Assembly (NCBI GenBank): GCA_040758355.1
Contig: JBFLWF010000001.1
Coordinates: 177,442-241,441, forward strand
Source of the DNA: Nitrospirota bacterium
GTDB lineage: Bacteria; Nitrospirota; Thermodesulfovibrionia; Thermodesulfovibrionales; Dissulfurispiraceae
DNA length: 64,000 bases
Direction: 5' to 3'
Each line of letters opens with the position of its first letter. Within the stretch, counting starts at the first letter, position 1. The position numbers and the translations under genes were made by a program. Shown here in pieces: positions 33,441-44,277 of this stretch. The notes beneath the pieces are model-generated. The model made no database searches, was not told where the DNA came from, and worked only from the letters and a program-made list of their open reading frames with translations.

Positions 33441-34277
33441 ATGATCAAGTTTTTCGAAAAAGACCCATATGCCCCGATTCAATATGTGTATGAAGTTGAA
33501 AAGGTGCTGCATAAAAGCAAGAGCGAGTTTCAAGAGGTAATGGTTATCCAAAACCCCCATTTTGGCAAGATGCTCATTCTCGACGGAGTTGTGCAGATAA
33601 CTGAAAGGGATGAGCTTTTTTACCATGAGATGCTCGTCCATCCCGTTATGCACGCCCATCCGAATCCAAAGAAGGTTATAGTTATAGGCGGCGGAGACGG
33701 AGGGACTGTCAGAGAGGTTTTGAAGCACGATTCTGTGGAAAAGGTCTATTTTATCGAGATAGACGAAGATGTAATCAATGTATCAAAGGAGTTTTTCCCG
33801 ACAGTGGCATGCGGAGTTGATGACAAGCGTGTGGAGATAAAGTGTATGGACGGCGCAGAATTTGTAAAGGGAAGGGAAGGGGACATCGATGCCGTCATCG
33901 TTGACTCAACCGATATCGTGGGTTTTGCAAAAAGCCTGTTCACAGTCGAGTTCTTTAAATCCGTTAAAGACTCCCTTACGGATGAAGGCATGTTCGTGAC
34001 CCTTTCGGAGTCTCTCCATTTCCATAAAGACCTGGTAATCGAGGTTCAGGAGGCAATGAAGCTGATATTCCCGATTGTTGATCTTTACACCGCTTCCATA
34101 GCCACATATGCAGGCAACTGGTGGACATTCTCTGCAGCATCAAAGAAGCACGATTTGAGGCAGATGAGAAGGGAATATAAGACAGATACCAGATATTACA
34201 GCGATGAGATCCACCAGCAGGCGTTTATGCCGCCAAAGATGTATGAGAGGCTGATGCAGAGAAAGCTCCAGTGGTAA
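33441..34277 (+). CDS. speE: Polyamine aminopropyltransferase (spermidine synthase)
   Basis: S.FQ, LDG..Q..E.DE..YHEM, IGGGDGG..RE, EID, IVDSTD. Confidence 0.95.
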   Translation: MIKFFEKDPYAPIQYVYEVEKVLHKSKSEFQEVMVIQNPHFGKMLILDGVVQITERDELFYHEMLVHPVMHAHPNPKKVIVIGGGDGGTVREVLKHDSVEKVYFIEIDEDVINVSKEFFPTVACGVDDKRVEIKCMDGAEFVKGREGDIDAVIVDSTDIVGFAKSLFTVEFFKSVKDSLTDEGMFVTLSESLHFHKDLVIEVQEAMKLIFPIVDLYTASIATYAGNWWTFSAASKKHDLRQMRREYKTDTRYYSDEIHQQAFMPPKMYERLMQRKLQW

Positions 34278-34287
34278 TGCTGTCTTC

Positions 34288-34345
34288 TTGACAGGAGCAT
34301 TCCCTACTTGTTAAATTATTAGCACTCTCATCATGAGAGTGCTAA
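34288..34345 (+). promoter_or_regulatory. Sigma70 promoter plus CIRCE operator of the hrcA-dnaK operon
   Basis: TTGACA 34288-34293, TGnTAAATT; perfect TTAGCACTC-N9-GAGTGCTAA at 34319-34345. Confidence 0.95.
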
Positions 34346-34384
34346 TAATTTGATTATCAGGTATCAGGCAGGGCGATAACGACG

Positions 34385-35431
34385 ATGGTGATGGAATTTT
34401 TGGATGAGAGAAGCAAGCAGATCCTCTATGCGGTTGTCCAGAGCTATATAAGCAAGCCTGACCCTGTCGGCTCAAGATTTGTAACAAAAAAGTATTCCTT
34501 TGGTTTTTCGCCTGCTACTGTAAGAAATATAATGGCCGACCTCGAAGACCTTGGTTTCTTGAGCCAGCCCCACACCTCTGCGGGCAGGGTTCCAACGGAT
34601 AAAGGCTATAGGTTTTATGTGGATTCCATCATGGTCGTCAGGGAGACGGGCGAATTCGATTCAGGAGAGGGTGACTTTGTCCAGCAGTTTGCTAAAAAGC
34701 TCGAGAACATAAGAAGCGATGTAAACAATATGTTTTTGGAGGTTACAAACTCCCTCTCGATGATGTCGAATTATATAGGCGTTGTAACGCCTCCAAGGGC
34801 CGAAAAGACGATATTCGACAGGATAGATTTCATAAGGTACAAGGAAGATAAGGTCGTAGCCATTCTGATGACCGAAGAGGGCGTGATAAAGAACAAGATA
34901 ATTGGTGTGGATTCAAGGCTTACGCAGGATGACCTCAACAGAATAGCCGACTATCTTAATGCAGAATACTCGGGGCGAACCATAGATGAGATAAAGAACC
35001 TGCTTGTAAGAAAGGCCTACCGTGAGAAGGCATTATGGGACAAGCTGATAGCAAGGGCAATAAAGATATATGAGCAGGCAATATCATTTACGGAGGACGA
35101 TGTTTATGTGTCAGGGCTTTACGATGTCATGAACCTCCCGGACTTTTCCGACATCTCAAAGATAAGGGAGATATCGAAGGCCATAAAAGACAAGCATATC
35201 ATACTGAAGCTCCTTGACGAGCTTTCGGATTCGGAAGGCGTGCATGTATTCATAGGCAACGAGAATCCTGTTGAAGAGATGAAAAACCTGAGCGTGGTTG
35301 CCTCTACATACAAGGAAAGAGAGAGGCCTATGGGCGTAATAGCATTGATAGGTCCTACAAGAATGGACTATTCAAAGGCCATATACATGGTGGATACCAT
35401 TGCGAAATGCATAAGCAGGACATTTGATTGA
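34385..35431 (+). CDS. hrcA: Heat-inducible transcription repressor
   Basis: PVGS, SPATVRN.M.DLE..G.L.QPHTSAGR.PT.KGYR.YVD, GPTRMDY. Confidence 0.97.
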   Translation: MVMEFLDERSKQILYAVVQSYISKPDPVGSRFVTKKYSFGFSPATVRNIMADLEDLGFLSQPHTSAGRVPTDKGYRFYVDSIMVVRETGEFDSGEGDFVQQFAKKLENIRSDVNNMFLEVTNSLSMMSNYIGVVTPPRAEKTIFDRIDFIRYKEDKVVAILMTEEGVIKNKIIGVDSRLTQDDLNRIADYLNAEYSGRTIDEIKNLLVRKAYREKALWDKLIARAIKIYEQAISFTEDDVYVSGLYDVMNLPDFSDISKIREISKAIKDKHIILKLLDELSDSEGVHVFIGNENPVEEMKNLSVVASTYKERERPMGVIALIGPTRMDYSKAIYMVDTIAKCISRTFD

Positions 35432-35964
35432 TGGCCGGAGGTAATATGGAAGAAACTAAAAAAAACGAAGAAATAGGCGTTTCTGTTGAGATCGAAGATA
35501 AGACGGCAGAGGCTGTAGAAGCCATACAGGCCGAGCTTGCAGAGGCAAAGGATAAATATCTGAGGCTTTATGCGGAATTCGAAAATTACAAGAAAAAGGT
35601 TCAGAGAGACAGGGAAGATCTTATAAAGTATTCCAACGAGTCTCTGGTCTATGAGCTTTTGCCAGCACTGGACAATCTGGAGATGGCATTAAGGCATTCC
35701 GCGGAAGCAAATTCAGAATCCCTGATAAAGGGAGTGGAGAATACATTCAGGGAATTTGCGCGAATACTCGAAAAATTCGGGCTTAAATCCATAGATGCAC
35801 TCGGCAAACCCTTTGACCCTGCATACCACCATGCAATGTCCCAGGTGGAAAGGAATGATGTTGAGGGCAATACAGTAGTGGAAGAATTCAGAAAAGGTTA
35901 TCTCTATAATGAAAAGGTTTTAAGGCCATCACTTGTGGCAGTATCGAAAAAAGGCAGCAGTTAG
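35428..35964 (+). CDS. grpE: Nucleotide exchange factor GrpE (start may be ATG 35446)
   Basis: LR..AEFENY.K, LLP.LDNLE.A, FDP..H.A, GY......RP..V.V. Confidence 0.96.
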   Translation: MMAGGNMEETKKNEEIGVSVEIEDKTAEAVEAIQAELAEAKDKYLRLYAEFENYKKKVQRDREDLIKYSNESLVYELLPALDNLEMALRHSAEANSESLIKGVENTFREFARILEKFGLKSIDALGKPFDPAYHHAMSQVERNDVEGNTVVEEFRKGYLYNEKVLRPSLVAVSKKGSS

Positions 35965-36035
35965 TAATCAGCAGTCAGCAGTTAGGGAAGAATAAAAAGA
36001 AACTTAAGTACATAAGAATAAAGGAGGATGAAGAG

Positions 36036-37946
36036 ATGGGAAAGGCAATAGGAATAGATCTCGGCACCACAAACTCGGTTGTTGCGGTTGTGGTCGGCGG
36101 CGAGCCGGTAGTAATACCCAATCAGGAAGGCAACAGGACAACGCCTTCTGTTGTTGCATTCACAGAAAAGGGCGAGAGGCTTGTCGGGCAGATAGCAAAG
36201 AGGCAGGCCATAACAAACCCCGAAAATACTATATTTTCCATAAAAAGGCTGATGGGCAGAAAGTATAATTCCCCGCAGGTTGACCACGCAAAAAAGAGGC
36301 TTCCGTATCATATAGTCGAGGCGCCGAACGGTGACGCACATGTAGAGGCAAGGGGCAAGAAGTATTCTCCACCCGAGATATCTGCCATGATACTCCAGAA
36401 GCTGAAACAGGCAGCAGAAGACTATCTCGGAGAAACCGTTACAGAAGCGGTCATTACTGTCCCTGCATATTTTGACGACAGCCAGAGGCAGGCAACAAAG
36501 GATGCAGGACAGATTGCAGGGCTCAATGTCTTGAGGATTATTAATGAGCCTACTGCAGCGGCTCTCGCATATGGACTTGAAAAGAAAAAGGAAGAAAGGG
36601 TTGCTGTATACGACCTCGGAGGAGGAACCTTTGATATCTCGGTGCTCGAAATAGGAGAGGGCGTCATAGAGGTTAAATCTACAAACGGCGATACATATCT
36701 CGGCGGCGATGACTTTGATCTGAGGATCATCGATTGGATGGTCGAGGAGTTCAAAAAGGAGCAGGGAATAGACCTCAAACAGGATAAGATGGCTCTCCAG
36801 AGACTGAAGGAGGCTGCTGAAAGGGCAAAGATAGAGCTTTCCACGGCATCAGAGACAGAGATAAACCTGCCGTTTGTAACTGCCGATGCAACAGGGCCCA
36901 AGCATTTATTGATGAAGCTCTCAAGGGCAAAGTTCGAGCAGCTCACAGATGACCTTGTACAGAATACTATAGGGCCTTGCAAAATGGCGCTTTCTGATGC
37001 AGGTTTTTCCACAGGCAATATAGATGAGATTATACTCGTTGGAGGACAGACAAGGGCGCCAAAGGTGCAGCAAGTGGTGCAGGAATATTTTGGGAAAGAG
37101 CCCCACAAGGGCGTCAATCCTGACGAAGTTGTTGCAGTTGGCGCTGCTATTCAGGCTGCTGTTTTAAAGGGTGAGGTAAAGGAAGTCCTTCTTCTGGATG
37201 TAACTCCCCTATCCCTTGGTATCGAAACCCTCGGCGGCATATTTACAAAGATGATAGAGAGGAATACGACAATACCCACAAAGAAATCCCAGATATTCTC
37301 CACGGCATCCGACAATCAGCCTGCCGTTACCATTAAAGTCCATCAGGGAGAGAGGGAAATGGCTTCAGACAACAAGCTGCTCGGGGTATTCGAACTTGTT
37401 GGAATACCTCCTGCACCGAGGGGCATGCCTCAGATTGATGTTACATTTGATATCGATGCAAACGGCATACTCCATGTCTCTGCAAAAGACCTTGGCACAG
37501 GAAAGGAGCAGTCCATAAGGATTACTGCATCCAGCGGTCTTACAGATGAAGAGATAAAAAGGATGATGCGCGATGCAGAATCACATGCAGCAGAAGACCA
37601 TAAGAAAAAAGAGCTGGCTGAGGCAAGGAATAATGCTGATACCCTCATCTATTCTGTCGAGAAGTCTGTTAAGGAATACGGCGACAAGCTTACAGAGGAC
37701 GAGAAAAAGGATGTTGAGGCTGCCCTCGAAAAATGCAGGAAGGTCAAAGAATCCAGCAGCGATGCATCTGAAATTAAGACAGCGATAGAGGAGCTTACAA
37801 AGGCATCCCACAAGATTGCCGAGCATGTATACAAGGCAGCGCAGGAACAGCAGGCCGGTGCAGGGGCAGGAGCAGAGTCCAAGGCCAAATCTCCAGAGGA
37901 AGAAGTGGTTGAAGCAGAATTCGAGGATGTGGATAAGAATAAATAA
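36036..37946 (+). CDS. dnaK: Chaperone DnaK
   Basis: [33 protein letters not shown]. Confidence 0.99.
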   Translation: MGKAIGIDLGTTNSVVAVVVGGEPVVIPNQEGNRTTPSVVAFTEKGERLVGQIAKRQAITNPENTIFSIKRLMGRKYNSPQVDHAKKRLPYHIVEAPNGDAHVEARGKKYSPPEISAMILQKLKQAAEDYLGETVTEAVITVPAYFDDSQRQATKDAGQIAGLNVLRIINEPTAAALAYGLEKKKEERVAVYDLGGGTFDISVLEIGEGVIEVKSTNGDTYLGGDDFDLRIIDWMVEEFKKEQGIDLKQDKMALQRLKEAAERAKIELSTASETEINLPFVTADATGPKHLLMKLSRAKFEQLTDDLVQNTIGPCKMALSDAGFSTGNIDEIILVGGQTRAPKVQQVVQEYFGKEPHKGVNPDEVVAVGAAIQAAVLKGEVKEVLLLDVTPLSLGIETLGGIFTKMIERNTTIPTKKSQIFSTASDNQPAVTIKVHQGEREMASDNKLLGVFELVGIPPAPRGMPQIDVTFDIDANGILHVSAKDLGTGKEQSIRITASSGLTDEEIKRMMRDAESHAAEDHKKKELAEARNNADTLIYSVEKSVKEYGDKLTEDEKKDVEAALEKCRKVKESSSDASEIKTAIEELTKASHKIAEHVYKAAQEQQAGAGAGAESKAKSPEEEVVEAEFEDVDKNK

Positions 37947-39067
37947 TGAAAGATTATTATAAAATTATTGGAGTCAGCCGGGATGCCACGCAGGACGAGA
38001 TTAAAAAGGCATTCCGGCAGCTTGCCTTAAAATACCATCCTGACAGGAATCAGGGAGATAAGGCTGCAGAGGAAAAGTTCAAGGAGATAAACGAGGCATA
38101 CACATGCCTTGGCGATGCTGAAAAGCGCGCCAATTACGACAGGTACGGCACATCAGAGGGCTTTGGTGCAGGCGCTGGTTTTGGAGGATTCGGAGCCGGA
38201 GCAGGCGCTGGATTTGGCGGCTTTACAGATATATTCGAAGACATATTCGATGACTTCTTCGGCACATTTGGCGGATATAAAAAGGCAAAGCCCACAAAGG
38301 GCGCTGACCTAAGATACAACCTTAACATAACCCTCGAAGATGCTGCCTTCGGCTCTGAAAATACCATAAAGGTTCCGAGGTGGCAGTCATGCGATGTATG
38401 CAGTGGAATAGGCGCTGAACCCGGAACATCACCTGAAACCTGCCCCAATTGCAAAGGCACCGGACATATAAGATTCCAGCAGGGATTTTTCAGTGTTTCA
38501 AAGACATGCGGAAAGTGTCATGGCACGGGAAGGATAATCACAAGCCCATGCAAGAGCTGCAAAGGGAACGGTAAGGTCAGGGTTCAGAGGGAAATATCTG
38601 TAAAGATACCAGCAGGAGTTGACAATGGCTCACGGTTGAGACTGAGCGGTGAGGGTGATTTCGGAAGTTATGGCGGCCCTCCCGGAGATTTGTATGTGGT
38701 AATAAATGTAGATGAACATTCATTCTTCAAAAGGGATGGCATGGACATTTACTGTCAGGTGCCTTTATCCTTTCCAAAGGCTGTTTTCGGAGGCGAGATA
38801 GAAGTCCCAACGCTGAACGGGCCTGCTAAACTCAAGATTCCTACAGGCACATCTTCAGGAAAATCCTTCCATCTAAAGGGCAAGGGCATGCCGAGGCTCG
38901 GAAGCCATCAGAGGGGAGACCAGGTAGTAAGCGTTTATATAGATGTGCCGAAAAAACTCACTCCGCGGCAGAGGGAACTCCTCGAAGAATTCGCAAGCAT
39001 AAGCGAGGAGAATGTAGAGGAGACAAAGGGGTTTAAGAATAAGCTGAAGGATCTGTTTTCGGTGTAG
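37946..39067 (+). CDS. dnaJ: Chaperone DnaJ
   Basis: HPD J-domain, G/F region, four CxxCxGxG repeats. Confidence 0.98.
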   Translation: MKDYYKIIGVSRDATQDEIKKAFRQLALKYHPDRNQGDKAAEEKFKEINEAYTCLGDAEKRANYDRYGTSEGFGAGAGFGGFGAGAGAGFGGFTDIFEDIFDDFFGTFGGYKKAKPTKGADLRYNLNITLEDAAFGSENTIKVPRWQSCDVCSGIGAEPGTSPETCPNCKGTGHIRFQQGFFSVSKTCGKCHGTGRIITSPCKSCKGNGKVRVQREISVKIPAGVDNGSRLRLSGEGDFGSYGGPPGDLYVVINVDEHSFFKRDGMDIYCQVPLSFPKAVFGGEIEVPTLNGPAKLKIPTGTSSGKSFHLKGKGMPRLGSHQRGDQVVSVYIDVPKKLTPRQRELLEEFASISEENVEETKGFKNKLKDLFSV

Positions 39068-39068
39068 T

Positions 39069-39371
39069 TTAACTGAGCCAGTAGCCAAGTATTGTACCAA
39101 TTGCTCCATATGCCCATCTCTTATCCGGTTCTTTATATTTCTTAGATAATAGAACATATAAAGAAGAGATAAGCACTACAACTGTAACAAGAGAAGCCAT
39201 AACAGCTTTTGTTATAACAACATCAGAAATGATAAGACCGGGTTGTCTTATACTCATCAGGGGTGAATAAAACTTATAGTGAAGCGGCGATACTTTTATT
39301 AAAAGTAGTCCTATGATAGACAAGATGATCGTAATTTGCGGTAGCTTTATAAGTTTTAGAGATCTCAACAC
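39069..39371 (-). CDS. Small hypothetical membrane protein
   Basis: 100-aa ORF with hydrophobic segments, AAAGGAG upstream; convergent on dnaJ. Confidence 0.55.
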   Translation of the reverse strand: MLRSLKLIKLPQITIILSIIGLLLIKVSPLHYKFYSPLMSIRQPGLIISDVVITKAVMASLVTVVVLISSLYVLLSKKYKEPDKRWAYGAIGTILGYWLS

Positions 39372-39458
39372 AATTCCACATCTCCTTTATAAGCAAAACA
39401 TACCAAATCATCTATAGGCTGTCAAGTTTTCAATAGGTTATGGCATAATTTTAAGGAT

Positions 39459-40247
39459 ATGAGAATATTTGTCCTTCCTGAAGATATAGCAAAAAAAGAA
39501 GGCATTAAACTTAATGCCGACAAATCTCATTATCTCATTTCTGTTCTGAGATGTAAAAAAGGCGATGTTATTACAATCATTGACGGCAAAGGCAAGGCAT
39601 ATGAGGCCGAGGTTGCTGAGATTGCAAAAGGAAATGTCTTGATTACTGTTATTAATGAAATTCAATTAGACACGGAATCCTCTTTAAATCTCATTCTCTG
39701 TCAGGGGATACTGAAAGGCGAGAAGATGGATCTGGTTATTCAAAAGACTACCGAACTTGGAGTAAAAGAGATAATCCCACTTATTACAGAGAGGTGTGTT
39801 GTTAAGGAGACGAGAAAGGTGAAGAGGTGGCAGAAGATTGCAGAGGAGGCTGCAGAGCAGTGCGGAAGGACAGTTATCCCGACTGTTCATGAACCGATTG
39901 AATACCGTAATGCGTTATGCGTGATGAGTGATGAGTATAAAAAATTTCTTTTAACCCATCACGATTTACCCATTACGGATTACGGGTTAAACGGATTTAT
40001 TTTCTGGGAAGAGGGCGGTTTGGCTTTAAAAGAGGCAATTAAAAAGCTTTTGCCTTCTCCATCACTCCATAACTCCAACACTCCAATCTTTGTGTTTGTC
40101 GGCCCTGAGGGCGGTTTTACAGCCGAAGAAGTAAAGCTGTCAGAGGAGCATGGGCTTATCAGAACGACACTCGGCAAACGGACTCTCCGTGCAGAGACAG
40201 CGGCAATTGTATCGGTGGCATTAGTGCAGTTTTTGCTTGAATCCTGA
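39459..40247 (+). CDS. rsmE: 16S rRNA m3U1498 methyltransferase
   Basis: HY...VLR, K..ELGV, EA.EQC.R, VGPEGGF, LG.R.LRAETA; two repeat-derived insertions. Confidence 0.95.
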   Translation: MRIFVLPEDIAKKEGIKLNADKSHYLISVLRCKKGDVITIIDGKGKAYEAEVAEIAKGNVLITVINEIQLDTESSLNLILCQGILKGEKMDLVIQKTTELGVKEIIPLITERCVVKETRKVKRWQKIAEEAAEQCGRTVIPTVHEPIEYRNALCVMSDEYKKFLLTHHDLPITDYGLNGFIFWEEGGLALKEAIKKLLPSPSLHNSNTPIFVFVGPEGGFTAEEVKLSEEHGLIRTTLGKRTLRAETAAIVSVALVQFLLES

Positions 40248-40303
40248 GAAATTGGCTCTGAATTCTGCTATAATATTCACAAAATCGGAAAGGAGAAACA
40301 CAC

Positions 40304-40672
40304 ATAGAAAGCAAGGCTAAGGCAATAGAGGCTGCACAGGCGGCACTCGATAAAAAGGCAAAGGACACAGTTGTCCTCGAATTAAAGGACCTTACGATAA
40401 TTGCAGATTATTTTGTCGTCTGCTCTGGCGAAAGCACTACACAGGTCAAGGCAATCGTCGAAAATGTGGAGAAGAAATTAAGGGAACACAGGCAAAAGCC
40501 AGCGGGCATCGAAGGCTTGAATACTGCCCGATGGGTTCTGATGGATTATGGAGATGTAATTGTCCATGTCTTTGAAGAAGAGACAAGGGCGTATTATGAG
40601 CTTGAGAAGTTCTGGCTGGATGCACCGAGGATACTCTTTGAAAAGGAAGGGGTTCTCGTAGGGGAAAAGTAG
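40304..40672 (+). CDS. rsfS: Ribosome silencing factor (apparent ATA start)
   Basis: A..DKKA.D..VL, IADYFV.CSG.S..QV.AI, W.L.DYGDV.VHVF..E.R..Y.LE..W; AAGGAG SD 8 nt before ATA at 40304. Confidence 0.9.
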   Translation: MESKAKAIEAAQAALDKKAKDTVVLELKDLTIIADYFVVCSGESTTQVKAIVENVEKKLREHRQKPAGIEGLNTARWVLMDYGDVIVHVFEEETRAYYELEKFWLDAPRILFEKEGVLVGEK

Positions 40673-40687
40673 TTTCCCCTATGCTTT

Positions 40688-41125
40688 ATGAAAATACGCA
40701 TATTCTGGGTAGGAAAGACAAAGGAGCGGTATCTGATTGAAGGAATTAATCACTACCTTAAATTGCTAAGATACATGGCTCAGATTTCTATAATAGAGAT
40801 AAAAGACGAAAAAGGGAAGATAAGGGATGAGGCACTTTCCCTGGAGGGCAGGAGGGTATTGAAACAGACAGATTCTTATATACTGCTCGATGAGCGCGGG
40901 AAAGAATTCAGTTCAAAGGATTTTGCCCGATATTTAAATGATAAAAGCAGTGTCGATTTTGTTATGGGCGGTGCATTCGGGGTTTCTGACGAGGTCAGGG
41001 AAAAGGCGTCAGATACTATTGCATTGTCAAAGATGACTTTAACTCATGAAATGACGAGATTGGTATTTCTGGAGCAGCTTTACAGGGCAATGACCATTAT
41101 AAAGGGTAAGAATTATCATTATTAA
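40688..41125 (+). CDS. rlmH: 23S rRNA pseudouridine-1915 N3-methyltransferase
   Basis: VGK, LDE.GK..SS, F..GG..G, LS.MT..H...R....EQ.YRA..I......YH. Confidence 0.96.
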   Translation: MKIRIFWVGKTKERYLIEGINHYLKLLRYMAQISIIEIKDEKGKIRDEALSLEGRRVLKQTDSYILLDERGKEFSSKDFARYLNDKSSVDFVMGGAFGVSDEVREKASDTIALSKMTLTHEMTRLVFLEQLYRAMTIIKGKNYHY

Positions 41126-41210
41126 TGTCAGAGATATTAATAACAACTGAGAAATTTTGTAAAAGGGGGTTTTCGCAAGGGGGACAAAGTCCCACTTGCG
41201 AAGTGAACTG

Positions 41211-42524
41211 ATGGGCAAGATAGCAATACTGATATTTTTGGTCTTTCTTGCAATACTCGGATTTTTCGCGGTCGAAAATAAAGATATTGTGAGCATAAAG
41301 GTTCCTTTCGGAAGCATTTATGAGATCCCGAAGATTGCCCTCATTCTCCTCTCTACAACCGTGGGCGCCCTTGCTGTACTCATTATTTTCTTTATACGCG
41401 ATACAAAGAGGGTCATAGACAATCTCCAGTATCAGAAGAGGCAGAAAAGAGAGGCGAGGATACAGGAGTTCTATTCAAGGGCACTGAATGCCATACTCGG
41501 CGACAAAGAGGAAGAGGCAAAGGATGCCTTGAAGGATATACTCAAGGAAGACCCTGAACATATAGATGCCCTTCTGAGACTGGGCGACATATCTCTTAAC
41601 AATAAGGATTACAAGACAGCACTTGACTATTACAGAAAGGCAAAAGACATCGATCCAAAAAATCTGCAGGCTCTTCTTTCCATAGAGACAGTGACGGAGA
41701 GGATGCAGAGGCATGACGATGCCCTTAAATACCTCGATGAGATACTCGATATAGATTCTGAAAACCTTACTGCCCTTTACAGGAAGCGTGCAATCCTCGA
41801 AAAGAAGGATATGTGGGATGACCTCCTATCCCTGCAGAGGACAATAATCAAGCTCGAGCACAGCGAAAGCGACAAGCAGCAGGAAGAACACAGACTGCTC
41901 GGCTATAAATATGAATATGCACGCTCAAGCCTCGAAAGTGGCGAATTGGAGAAGGCAGAAAAGGCATTCAGGACAATGATAAAGATGAATGACGGTTTTA
42001 TCCCTGCTTATCTCGGCCTTGCAGAGGTCATCCTGACCAGAGGAGAAACAGAGGAGGCCATAAACTTCCTGGAAAAGGCATACGAGCAGTTGAAATCCAT
42101 AATAATACTTGCACGCCTCGAAGACCTGCTCATCAATGTTGGAGAGCCGGGAAGACTGATACGGTTTTACAGGAATGCCATAGCGAAAAGCCCGCAGGAC
42201 AACGGGCTGAGATTTCTCCTTGGAAAACTTTACTACAGGCTTGAGATGGTGGAGGATGCGATGGATTTATTGAATTCCATAGATACCAATGTTTTTTCCG
42301 TGCCAGAGCTTTTCAGCCTGCGGGGTGAATTGTATATAAAGAGAAACCAGATTCCAAAGGCGCTTGACGAGCTTAAAAAGGCATGCGGGATACGGCGTCC
42401 CTTCAGGATACAGTACTGCTGCTCCAATTGCGGTTTCAGGTCGGAGGACTGGTCAGGGAGATGTCCTCAGTGCATGGAATGGAATACTTACCGTCTTGAT
42501 GTATATGGCACCTGCAAAGCGTAA
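41211..42524 (+). CDS. LapA-like N-terminus + TPR + rubredoxin-like C-terminus (LapA-LapB-type LPS assembly regulator)
   Basis: Two TM segments with FAVEN..VSI, TPR repeats, C..CG....W...CP.C..WNT. Confidence 0.75.
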   Translation: MGKIAILIFLVFLAILGFFAVENKDIVSIKVPFGSIYEIPKIALILLSTTVGALAVLIIFFIRDTKRVIDNLQYQKRQKREARIQEFYSRALNAILGDKEEEAKDALKDILKEDPEHIDALLRLGDISLNNKDYKTALDYYRKAKDIDPKNLQALLSIETVTERMQRHDDALKYLDEILDIDSENLTALYRKRAILEKKDMWDDLLSLQRTIIKLEHSESDKQQEEHRLLGYKYEYARSSLESGELEKAEKAFRTMIKMNDGFIPAYLGLAEVILTRGETEEAINFLEKAYEQLKSIIILARLEDLLINVGEPGRLIRFYRNAIAKSPQDNGLRFLLGKLYYRLEMVEDAMDLLNSIDTNVFSVPELFSLRGELYIKRNQIPKALDELKKACGIRRPFRIQYCCSNCGFRSEDWSGRCPQCMEWNTYRLDVYGTCKA

Positions 42525-43185
42525 AAAGAGTGATGAGTCATCATCACCAATTACCCATCACCCATCACAGCCGTTAAATGTTGTTCTGGATACGAGCCTC
42601 TTTGTGAATCCTGATGTGAGGACGAGTCTTGGTAGTAATCCCACAGAGGCTTTGGAGACATTCCTTTTCCTCGCAGCACAGATACACGTGCTTGAATTTT
42701 ACATGCCCCCTTCCATTTTCGAGGAGCTTCTGCACTTTGTAGAGAGGGACAAAATACCTGCAGACCTCCTCCTGATTTTGCACCAGAAGCCTCCGAAGAA
42801 ACATGAATTGAAAACCCCTGCATTCCTATTGTACGAGCTAATCGAGGATATAAGGGAAAGGGTTAATAAGGGGTTGAGGGTTGCAGAGAAGGCTGTAAGG
42901 AGTGCGGAGAGCAAAAAGGCTGACGAGATTATTCAGGACATGAGGAGGAAATACAGAGAGGCGCTGCGTGAAGGCATAATCGACAGCAAGGAGGATGTGG
43001 ACCTGCTTTTGCTCGCAATGGAGCTTGATGCCCTGCTCATTACAGCAGACCATGGTCTGATAAAATGGGCTGAAAAGTTGGGCATACGATGGCTCTTTCC
43101 CGAGAAGTTCAAGGAATACCTGATGAGCGCCATAAAGAGGACAGAGTTAATCAAAAAATCCTTTGCCCATGAGCCTGTGCCTTAG
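42505..43185 (+). CDS. HARP protein-only RNase P (PIN-like, 'RNA ligase partner' family)
   Basis: VLDTS.F..PD, YMPPSI..EL, R.R.NKGLRVAE, KYREALR.GI.DS.ED.D..LLA.ELD. Confidence 0.9.
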   Translation: MAPAKRKKSDESSSPITHHPSQPLNVVLDTSLFVNPDVRTSLGSNPTEALETFLFLAAQIHVLEFYMPPSIFEELLHFVERDKIPADLLLILHQKPPKKHELKTPAFLLYELIEDIRERVNKGLRVAEKAVRSAESKKADEIIQDMRRKYREALREGIIDSKEDVDLLLLAMELDALLITADHGLIKWAEKLGIRWLFPEKFKEYLMSAIKRTELIKKSFAHEPVP

Positions 43186-44277
43186 TTCTCTCGTGCCCTT
43201 GATGTAGATCCTGTAAAACTTCAGCCTGTAATAATCGCCCGATTTTTCCACGGATACAAGCTGGGTGCGGACACCCGAGCGGTTCAGGTGTTGTATTAAT
43301 TCATCCACCGTATTTTTGTTTCTCACTCTGACATGAAAAAACTCCTTTACGCTTTCGCCTTCTGCAACTGCCCTTAAAGTCTCTTCTGGTATGAGGTATA
43401 ATGCCTTTGCAGAGCTTATAAGATATTCGCTGCTGAACGGTATTCCGAATTCGTGGCAGAAAAACACAGCCCTCAATATCCTCTGCGTAAAGAAACCCGC
43501 GGGTAGCTCTGTGATGAGATGGGTTGTTGCCTGCAAATCCCTGAGACATGAAGAGAGTGTGACATACTTTACCGGTTTGCCATCGGAAACAGGCTTGATC
43601 ACTATTCCTTCCCTGCCATCCCTGTCCAGTTCGAGGATAATATTTTTTACGGCATCCACATCCGATGTGCCGCCCGATACATTAAACGGCCCCCATCTTC
43701 TTATCTGCTGTATATTAAAGCGTTCAAATATCCTGTAACGTTCTTCTACAGGCAAATGATTTCCCTTTTCATTTAGAAGGTCGAAGGCAAAGAGGACAAC
43801 ATCTTCATCGATATACGGGATGATTTCTGTATTGTAAGGACTTCCTGGACCCACGACCTCACAGCAGATTATGTATTCCGGATATTCATTGAAGAAATTA
43901 ATGTCGATGAGGTCCTGTATTCTGTCTGTAGTAAATGGACATACAAATCCTCCCCGTGTAAATGCAATAGGAGTCCCGTTTATGGCAGCTACCCTCACAT
44001 TGTATCCATCCACCTTTTCTTCGACATAGAATTTATTTTTGAAATATCGGTTTATTCCATTGGCAAGATGGAGTATCCTCATAATCTTCGGATAGCCAGG
44101 TATAATGCCTTTATCATAAAAAACAGTGCCCCGCGGATAGCATTTATATTCCTGCGAGAGCCTTACAAAGGTGATGTTATTGAACTGGGACGTGTGGAGG
44201 GATTCTCTTTCTTTGAGTGTTGTTATATCTTTTTCTGCGAGATGCTTTTCTAAGAAGTCAGGATAAGGTGTGTTCAT
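43147..44277 (-). CDS. ATP-dependent RNA ligase, Pab1020/Rnl3 type
   Basis: GYP.I.R, EEKVDGYNVR (motif I Lys), TRGG..CPFTT, E..GP..PY, FD, REGIV.K, KY. Confidence 0.9.
   Translation of the reverse strand: MNTPYPDFLEKHLAEKDITTLKERESLHTSQFNNITFVRLSQEYKCYPRGTVFYDKGIIPGYPKIMRILHLANGINRYFKNKFYVEEKVDGYNVRVAAINGTPIAFTRGGFVCPFTTDRIQDLIDINFFNEYPEYIICCEVVGPGSPYNTEIIPYIDEDVVLFAFDLLNEKGNHLPVEERYRIFERFNIQQIRRWGPFNVSGGTSDVDAVKNIILELDRDGREGIVIKPVSDGKPVKYVTLSSCLRDLQATTHLITELPAGFFTQRILRAVFFCHEFGIPFSSEYLISSAKALYLIPEETLRAVAEGESVKEFFHVRVRNKNTVDELIQHLNRSGVRTQLVSVEKSGDYYRLKFYRIYIKGTRELRHRLMGKGFFD

Noticed and set aside
38160..38225. Repetitive GGTGCAGGC-like sequence in dnaJ
   Set aside because: Normal Gly/Phe-rich linker with codon-period repeats, unlike the 7/8-mer arrays
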